NCBI GenBank assembly: GCA_965223205.1
Contig: OZ244990.1
Coordinates: 2,690,724-2,754,723 of the forward strand
DNA: 64,000 nt
Origin: Candidatus Eiseniibacteriota bacterium
GTDB lineage: Bacteria; Eisenbacteria; RBG-16-71-46; CAVPCR01; CBDCWB01
Direction: 5' to 3'
Positions 57,881 to 64,000 of this stretch are shown one piece after another. The position numbers were made by a program, and so were the translations under genes. The notes under the pieces were generated by a model. The model ran no database searches. It saw only the letters and a list, made by a program, of their open reading frames with translations, and had not been told where the DNA came from. The stretch's first letter is position 1, and every line of letters begins with the position of its first letter.

Positions 57881-59110
57881 GTGAAGCCCCTCGCCAGGGT
57901 TCTTGTCATCGTCGAGAACCTGCCAGTTCCCTTTGACCGCCGGGTGTGGCTGGAGACCCGTTCCCTGACCCGCGCCGGCTACCAGGTGTCGGTCATTTGT
58001 CCCAAGGGTGGTGAGTGGACGTTGGGCTACGAGAAAATCGACGGTGTGTCGATCTATCGCTACGACGAGCCGCGCCCGACTGCGGGTCATCTAAGCTACT
58101 TCTGGGAATTTTTGTACTGTTGGTTCGCCACTGCTTGGCTTTCGCTAAAGGTCTGGCGCCGCGAAGGGATCGATGTCATTCAGGCGTGCAACCCACCCGA
58201 CACGTTCTTTCTGCTCGCGTTGTTCTACAAACTCTTTGGCAAGCGCTTCGTGTACGACCAGCATGACCTCTGTCCTGAGGTTTACCTGGCGCGCTTCAAC
58301 CGCAGTCCCGATCTCTTCTACCGGGGGCTCCGGTTCCTGGAAGTCTTGACTTACAAAACCGCCGACGTCGTGTTGTCCACCAACGAATCCTATCGAGGCA
58401 TGGCTATCCAGCGTGGCGGTGTCGCGCCCGAGCGTGCCATCGTCGTGCGCAGTGCCCCGGACTTGCATCGCTTCCAGGCGACCGAACCCGACCCCAGCCT
58501 CAAGAACGGCCGGCCCTATTTGGTGGTCTATCTGGGGGTGATGGGGCCGCAAGACGGCGTGGATCTCTTGATCCACTCGATCAATACGATTGTCAAGGAG
58601 CGGGGGCGCACCGACGTGTCGTTCGTGCTGATCGGCTCTGGAGATAGCTACGATGGACTCCGCGCCATGTCTGAAGAACTGGCTCTGACCCATTGCGTGC
58701 ACTTCACCGGGCGCATTCCGGATGCCGGGGTGGCACAGCTCATTTGTTCGGCGGACGTTTGCGTCAGTCCCGACCCCAAGAACGGCCTGAACGATCACTC
58801 AACGATGAACAAGATTCTGGAGTACATGGCGCTCGAGAAGCCGATCGTTGCCTTTGATCTCAAAGAAACACGCTATTCGGCGGCCGACGCGGCAGTCTAT
58901 GCCACGCCCAACGATCCGGCTGACTTCGCCGACCACATTCTGGCGCTGCTCGACGATCCCGGCAAGCGCCGGGTGATGGGCGAGTCCGGGCGCCGCCGGC
59001 TGGCCACGCACCTGTCGTGGGACCGCTCGGAGCGCGCCCTCCTGGCGGCCTACGCCCAAGTGCTGGGGCGCGAGCGCGAGGTGGGTGCGTTGCACGCGGT
59101 CGAGGCATGA
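57881..59110 (+). CDS. glycosyltransferase family 4 (GT-B)
   Basis: RVLVIVENLPVPFDRRVWLETRSL… and a Glycos_transf_1 C-terminal domain. Confidence 0.85.
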   Translation: MKPLARVLVIVENLPVPFDRRVWLETRSLTRAGYQVSVICPKGGEWTLGYEKIDGVSIYRYDEPRPTAGHLSYFWEFLYCWFATAWLSLKVWRREGIDVIQACNPPDTFFLLALFYKLFGKRFVYDQHDLCPEVYLARFNRSPDLFYRGLRFLEVLTYKTADVVLSTNESYRGMAIQRGGVAPERAIVVRSAPDLHRFQATEPDPSLKNGRPYLVVYLGVMGPQDGVDLLIHSINTIVKERGRTDVSFVLIGSGDSYDGLRAMSEELALTHCVHFTGRIPDAGVAQLICSADVCVSPDPKNGLNDHSTMNKILEYMALEKPIVAFDLKETRYSAADAAVYATPNDPADFADHILALLDDPGKRRVMGESGRRRLATHLSWDRSERALLAAYAQVLGREREVGALHAVEA

Positions 59111-60216
59111 GCGCCCTCAAAGACAAACCTCGCGCCGCAGTTGTCGCCGTGACTTTGGGCTGCAACTCCAAGTGCAAGACCTGCGACATTTGGATGATCA
59201 AGCCGGCGAACGAAATGCAGGCGGCTGACTACTTGAGGCTGCCGCCCACCCTCACGCACATCAACGTTTCAGGTGGTGAGCCATTTTTGCGCGATGATCT
59301 CCCGGAAATCGTCGGCCACATGCGGCAGGTTGCGCCCTCGGCACGTATCGTCCTTTCCACCAATGGTATCTTGCCGGAACGGATCGAAGGGTTGATGCGT
59401 GACATTCCAGGTGCGGCCGTCCGCGTGTCGATCGACGGCATCGGTGAAACCCATGACCACGCCCGTGGTGTCAAGGGCAACTACGATCGCTGCCTGGAGA
59501 CCTTGGATCGCCTGCGTTCGATCGGCGTGGACGACTTGGGCATCTCTGCTACCGCCTCGCAGTACAATCCTGGTGCAGTCACCGAGGTCCAGCAGTTGGC
59601 CGAGCAGTTGGGTGTGCAGTTCGTTGTGGGGGTCGCCCACTCGTCACCGACCTATTTTGGCGATCAGGTGGGAGCGGCGCCTGATGCACAGGAAACCGCA
59701 CGGGAGCTCGAGGCCATTCGAAACCGCGAGCTGTCCAAGCGCTCGTACAAAGAGTGGTTCCGCGCCTATTTTACGGACGGCTTGATCGATCAGCTGGAAG
59801 GCAAACCACGCCGCATGCCGTGCTACGCCATCGAGGCGCACTTCTACCTGGATCCGCACGGCAACGTCTATCCATGCAACGCGCGCGACGACAAGCTGGG
59901 TAACCTGCTCGAAGAAACGTATTCGGAGATTGTCGCCAAGAACACCGCCATGCTTGCCGAGGTCCAGAGCTGCAACGCTTGTTGGATGAGCTGCACGGTG
60001 TCGCCGGGCATGCGGGTGTCGCCTTGGAAGGCCATTGGCTGGGTTGCCAGGGCCAAGTTGCTCGGTGCGCGCACGCGCGCGCCGCTGGCACCGGAGCCAG
60101 GAGTGGCTCCGGGAACGGGGCAGGGGGTGATCCCGATCTATCTGGACGATCGGGGGCGCGAGCGCTACGCAACCTTCAAGGAAGTCCCGTCCCCGGGAGG
60201 TGGCAAGGTCAGTTGA
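59107..60216 (+). CDS. radical SAM enzyme with a C-terminal auxiliary Cys cluster (SPASM/twitch-like)
   Basis: ATGA-coupled to the preceding gene. CX3CX2C motif (LGCNSKCKTCDIW), a GGEP SAM-binding motif (VSGGEPFLR) and a C-terminal SCNACWMSC Cys cluster. Confidence 0.8.
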   Translation: MSALKDKPRAAVVAVTLGCNSKCKTCDIWMIKPANEMQAADYLRLPPTLTHINVSGGEPFLRDDLPEIVGHMRQVAPSARIVLSTNGILPERIEGLMRDIPGAAVRVSIDGIGETHDHARGVKGNYDRCLETLDRLRSIGVDDLGISATASQYNPGAVTEVQQLAEQLGVQFVVGVAHSSPTYFGDQVGAAPDAQETARELEAIRNRELSKRSYKEWFRAYFTDGLIDQLEGKPRRMPCYAIEAHFYLDPHGNVYPCNARDDKLGNLLEETYSEIVAKNTAMLAEVQSCNACWMSCTVSPGMRVSPWKAIGWVARAKLLGARTRAPLAPEPGVAPGTGQGVIPIYLDDRGRERYATFKEVPSPGGGKVS

Positions 60217-61358
60217 AAATCGCCATGGTTGGACAGAAGGGGATCCCGGCGACCTATGGTGGCATCGAACGCCACGTGGAAGAGATCTCTGCCCGCTTGG
60301 TAGCGCGCGGCCACGACGTCACCGTCTATTGCCGCAAGCACTACAACGGCGAGGGGGAGGACTACTACCGCGGTGTGCGCTTGCGACGTTACCCGTCGAT
60401 CAAGACCAAGCACTTTGACACTGCCTCCCATGTGCTGCGATGTTCGCTCGAGTTTTTGGCCAACCGCTACGACGTCGTGCACTTTCACGCGTTGGGACCA
60501 TCGATCTTTGCCTATTTACCCCGGCTGCGCCGTTCTAGCTCGGTGGTGACGGTGCACGGCTTGGATTGGGAACGCGACAAGTGGGGTGCGGTGGCCGCCT
60601 GGGCGCTCAAGCAGTGTGAGTATCCGTCTATCCACTTCCCGAGCCGCACGGTCGTCGTTTCCAGGACGCTGCACGACTACTACATGGACAAATACGGGCT
60701 GGAGACGACGATTATCCCCAACGGTACCAACATGCCGAATCCGCGCCCAGCCAACAAGATTCGCGACGTCGGCCTCGTACCTGGGCGCTACATTCTATTC
60801 GTCGGGCGGTTGGTTCCCGAAAAGGGCGTCCACTTCTTGGTCGAAGCGTTTTCCAAGCTCGGAGCGGTCGAAGATTTTCAATTGGTGCTCGCCGGCGGTA
60901 CCAGTTTCTCCGATGACTATGTGCGAGAACTACAGAAACACGAGTCCGACCGCGTGCATCTGGTCGGCTACGTGTACGGCGACTTGCTCGAAGAGCTGTG
61001 GTCGAACGCCTACCTGGTGGTGCAGCCGTCGACACTGGAGGGCTTGTCGATTTCTCTCCTCGAGGCCCTGAGTTACGGTCGCTGTGTGCTGACTTCCGAT
61101 ATTCCCGAAAACTTGGAGGTGGTGAACGGCTCGGCGCCGACCTTCAAGAGCCGCGATGTGGATGACCTGCGCGCCAAGCTCCTCTACCTGCTGCAAAATC
61201 CCGGGGTGGTGGCGGACTACGGCCAGCAGAGCCGCGATCTCGTCGCCCGGGACTACTCCTGGGGGCGGGTGGTGGACGAGCTGGAAGCCGTTTACGATAG
61301 AGCCGTCGGCGCCCCGACCGAGCCCAAGGGTGACGGCTCGCGCCTCCTACCCATCTGA
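60213..61358 (+). CDS. glycosyltransferase family 4 / group 1 (GT-B)
   Basis: A TTGA junction with the radical SAM stop (an ATG at 60225 is the alternative start). KIAMVGQKGIPATYGGIERHVEE N-terminus and an EGLSISLLEALSYG motif. Confidence 0.8.
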   Translation: MKIAMVGQKGIPATYGGIERHVEEISARLVARGHDVTVYCRKHYNGEGEDYYRGVRLRRYPSIKTKHFDTASHVLRCSLEFLANRYDVVHFHALGPSIFAYLPRLRRSSSVVTVHGLDWERDKWGAVAAWALKQCEYPSIHFPSRTVVVSRTLHDYYMDKYGLETTIIPNGTNMPNPRPANKIRDVGLVPGRYILFVGRLVPEKGVHFLVEAFSKLGAVEDFQLVLAGGTSFSDDYVRELQKHESDRVHLVGYVYGDLLEELWSNAYLVVQPSTLEGLSISLLEALSYGRCVLTSDIPENLEVVNGSAPTFKSRDVDDLRAKLLYLLQNPGVVADYGQQSRDLVARDYSWGRVVDELEAVYDRAVGAPTEPKGDGSRLLPI

Positions 61359-61441
61359 TTTCCACCCACTTTCGCAGCGTCGCCGGTGGTGTATCCTACG
61401 CCGGTGTGGCAGAGCTATCACCACTCTGCCGAGGAGGAACG

Positions 61442-61936
61442 ATGCGTATTGCAAGTGGGTGCTTCCTGGTGGCGTTGTTGGCTAGCGGCATGGGTGGTTG
61501 CGCTGCCCGTTCCCGCCACCACGAGCCGACGGCGACGCCGCTGCCACCGGCCGTCGAGACCACGCCGCCGCGTGAGCGCCAGCCGGAGCCGGCCGGCGCC
61601 AGCCGCGAGGAGTTGGAGACCGTGCCGCCGCCACCCAGTGTGCGCCCCCTCACCGAGGGCTGGCTGGACGAGCCGCCGGTGCCGCCAGCCAATCAGACGA
61701 CGCTGGGCTACCGCGTGCAGCTCTTTGCCGGTGCGACCTACGATGCCGCGGTCGGCGTCGCCGACCGGGCGCGTGGTCAGTTCACTGATGAGGTGGTCAT
61801 CGAGTACGAGGCGCCGCTCTACAAGGTGCGCGTCGGCAACTGTGTCACCCGCCACGATGCCGATCGCATCCGCGAACAGGCCATCGATCTGGGCTATGAG
61901 GGACCGTTCATCGCCGAGACGATGATCCACCGCTAA
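61442..61936 (+). CDS. SPOR-domain lipoprotein
   Basis: RBS GAGGAGG. Lipobox LLASGMGGCAA, a Pro-rich linker, and a C-terminal SPOR fold (GYRVQLFAGATYDAAVGVADRAR…YKVRVGNCVTRHDADRIREQA). Confidence 0.7.
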   Translation: MRIASGCFLVALLASGMGGCAARSRHHEPTATPLPPAVETTPPRERQPEPAGASREELETVPPPPSVRPLTEGWLDEPPVPPANQTTLGYRVQLFAGATYDAAVGVADRARGQFTDEVVIEYEAPLYKVRVGNCVTRHDADRIREQAIDLGYEGPFIAETMIHR

Positions 61937-61937
61937 G

Positions 61938-62960
61938 GTGCGGGTTCTGCCGGAGTGGCGCTGGGACCCACTCTCTGGGGTGGGGGTGATCGTCGCCCCC
62001 GAACGCCGCCGCCGCCCGGGCGCAGCCGGTCTGGACGACGCGGCACCTTGTCCGTTTTGCCCAGGCCACGAGGAAGCCACGCCGCCCGAATCGGTGGCAG
62101 CCCGCCCGGCGGGCACTCCTCCCAACACTCCCGGGTGGGAGACTCGGGTGGTGCCGAACCGTTACCCGGCGTGGGTCGCCGCCGACCCGGCGGCGGCTGA
62201 CCCGCCGATCGACGACGAGGTGTTAGGCGGTTCTTCGCCCGCTACCGGCGTCCACGAGGTGGTCATCGACACGCCGGATCACACCGCCGACTTGCACCAA
62301 TTGCCGGTCGAGGCAGTGGCCCGCGCGCTCCGCGTGTGCCGCGACCGGCTGCGCGACCTCCTGGAGGCGGGCGGTTTCACCTACGGCATGCTCTTCAAGA
62401 ACGCCGGGCGCCTGGCCGGCGCCTCCCTGGCCCACTCGCACTGGCAGCTGGTGGCGCTGCCCGAGCCGCCACCGGCGGTGGCAGCGCGTTTAGGGCGGGA
62501 GTCTTCGTACCATGCCCGCCGGTCCCGCTGTTTGCTCTGTGAGACGGTGTCGCGCGAGCTGGCGATTGGCGACCGCCTCCTGGGGCGTTGGCCCGGGGTG
62601 GTGGCCTTTCTGCCGTTCGCCGGCCGCCTGCCCTACGAGACCCGGGTGGTGCCCGTCGATCACCAAAGCCGCTTCGAAGACGCGCCCGACGCCACCCTCA
62701 GGGGCGCCGCCGAGGCCTTGCCGGGGGTCCTCGGAGCGATCGGCGGCGCTCTTGACCAGCCCGACTACAACATCGTTGTGCAGACGGCGCCGGCCTTGGG
62801 TGCCGCTCACCACTGGTGGATTGAAGTCTTCCCGCGCCTGACAGCGCTGGCCGCCTTTGAGTTGGCGGCCGGCGTTTGCATCCATGCCCAACCCGCGGAG
62901 GAGGCCGCCCAGATCTTGCGGCGCCACCTGCGACCGGCACCGCGCCAGGCCACCCGATGA
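61938..62960 (+). CDS. galactose-1-phosphate uridylyltransferase-family (GalT/HIT-like) nucleotidyltransferase
   Basis: Zinc-binding CPFCPGHE, RVVPNRYPA, and the HIT-like HxHxQ motif (LAHSHWQL). Confidence 0.7.
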   Translation: MRVLPEWRWDPLSGVGVIVAPERRRRPGAAGLDDAAPCPFCPGHEEATPPESVAARPAGTPPNTPGWETRVVPNRYPAWVAADPAAADPPIDDEVLGGSSPATGVHEVVIDTPDHTADLHQLPVEAVARALRVCRDRLRDLLEAGGFTYGMLFKNAGRLAGASLAHSHWQLVALPEPPPAVAARLGRESSYHARRSRCLLCETVSRELAIGDRLLGRWPGVVAFLPFAGRLPYETRVVPVDHQSRFEDAPDATLRGAAEALPGVLGAIGGALDQPDYNIVVQTAPALGAAHHWWIEVFPRLTALAAFELAAGVCIHAQPAEEAAQILRRHLRPAPRQATR

Positions 62961-64000
62961 CGCGCGACACGCTGACTGTTCTCATGCTCAGCGCCGAACT
63001 GTCCCCCTACACCGAAGTAGGGGAGTTGGGGGAGACGGTCGGGGCGTTGTCCAGCACCCTCACCGAGATGGGCCACCGCGTTCTGGTTTTCATGCCGCGC
63101 TACGGTTCCATCTCACCCAAGTGGATGGTGTCTTTTCAGCCGGTCTATCGGGTGGGCGTCAATATGGCCGGCCACACCTATGAGGGAACCGTGTGGCGCG
63201 GCCGTCGACCCCACTCGTCGGTGCTGGTCTACTTGATCGAACAGCCCGAGTTGTTCGCTCGTCCCGGAGTCTACCGCCAGCTCGACGGCGAGCAGTTCCC
63301 CGACGAAGCGCTGCGCTTGGTCTACTACAACCGCGCGGTGATCGAGACCTTGCGCGGCTTGAAACTGCGTGGCGACGTGCTCCACGCCCACGACCACCAC
63401 GCAGCGCTGGCGGTCGCCTACCTGAAGACGATCTACTCGGCAGACACGCGCTTCCGCCAACTCGGGAGCGTCTTGACCGCCCACGACCTGGCGTTTCAGG
63501 CGCTCTACGACCCAGCGGTGCTGGCCTACACCGGCTTGCCGCCCGACACCGCGGCGCCGGCGTCACCGTTCGAGTACTGGGGACGCGTTAACTTCTTGAA
63601 GGCGGGAGTCCTGTTTGCAGACCTGGTCACCACGTCGTCCTCGCGCTACGCCTTGGAGGTAACCTGGAGCGATCGTTACGCCCACGGCTTGGCGGGCGTC
63701 ATGCGCGAGCGGCAGGCTGACTTGTTGGGTGTGTTGCCCGGGCTCGACACAATGGTGTGGAACCCAGCTGAAGATTCAGCCCTGGCGGCCCAATTCTCCG
63801 CGCGCGCCTTGGCCGGCAAAGCGCAGCAGAAGCGCGCCTTTGCCACAGAACTCGGGCTCGACCCGGTTTCGCGGCCGCTTGTCCTCTGTGCCACCGACGG
63901 CCGCGGCGCCGACGGCGGCGCGCTGGTGCTCGAGTGCCGGGACGCCATTCGCGAGCGCGGCGCCGACCTCATCGTGCTCACCGCAGCAGGTGGGACCGAA
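62957..64000 (+). CDS. glgA: glycogen/starch synthase (GT5), N-terminal part; continues past the window end
   Basis: The ATG at 62957 overlaps the galT-like TGA. N-terminus VLMLSAELSPYTEVGELGETVGALSSTLTEMGHRVLVFMPRYG and a HAHDHH motif. The frame stays open to position 64000 (translated by hand). Confidence 0.75.
   Translation, partial: MTRDTLTVLMLSAELSPYTEVGELGETVGALSSTLTEMGHRVLVFMPRYGSISPKWMVSFQPVYRVGVNMAGHTYEGTVWRGRRPHSSVLVYLIEQPELFARPGVYRQLDGEQFPDEALRLVYYNRAVIETLRGLKLRGDVLHAHDHHAALAVAYLKTIYSADTRFRQLGSVLTAHDLAFQALYDPAVLAYTGLPPDTAAPASPFEYWGRVNFLKAGVLFADLVTTSSSRYALEVTWSDRYAHGLAGVMRERQADLLGVLPGLDTMVWNPAEDSALAAQFSARALAGKAQQKRAFATELGLDPVSRPLVLCATDGRGADGGALVLECRDAIRERGADLIVLTAAGGTE

Overview
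This is a GC-rich bacterial chromosomal window; by eye the G+C is in the high 60s percent (not computed). Almost all real genes are on the + strand, and the many long minus-strand ORFs are GC-induced shadow frames. Contents run in four stretches.

- 1-17 kb: a peptide ABC transporter tail (SBP end, DppB/DppC-type permeases), an ECF sigma / anti-sigma / HtrA-like protease module, aroB, a TPR protein, aroQ-accB-[pilT]-accC, thiE, a ChaN/Tiki-like protein, and two divergent LptF/LptG permeases.
- 17-25 kb: a 2234-aa secreted giant outer-membrane protein that looks like the type IX secretion translocon SprA/Sov, immediately followed by an M28-fold glutaminyl cyclase and an orphan histidine kinase.
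- 26-38 kb: a classical housekeeping block: thiD, rimP-nusA-infB-DUF503-rbfA-nrnA-truB-ribF, rpsO-pnp, dapF, and a convergent aminotransferase.
- 40-64 kb: a roughly 20-kb, tightly coupled surface-polysaccharide biosynthesis locus: Wza, Wzz/PCP, a BY-kinase-like ATPase with degenerate Walker A, Wzy, Wzx, a WbdD-like methyltransferase-kinase fusion, a priming sugar transferase, a heparinase II/III-like protein, a UDP-sugar dehydrogenase, three GT4s, a GT39/ArnT-like GT-C, a radical SAM enzyme and a SPOR protein. It is preceded by a DUF3108 protein and a deoxyhypusine-synthase-like protein, and followed by GalT-like and GlgA genes.

The most unusual material is the hybrid architecture of the glycan locus (a Wzx/Wzy pathway combined with a WbdD-type chain terminator, a radical SAM enzyme and a GT-C) and the isolated SprA-like plus glutaminyl cyclase pair.

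The gene families present (T9SS SprA, Bacteroidetes-type DUFs) fit an FCB-superphylum-like, high-GC lineage such as Gemmatimonadota or Rhodothermota; this is inference only. No rRNA, CRISPR array or recognisable mobile element was seen. I could not fold a canonical tRNA anywhere in the window.
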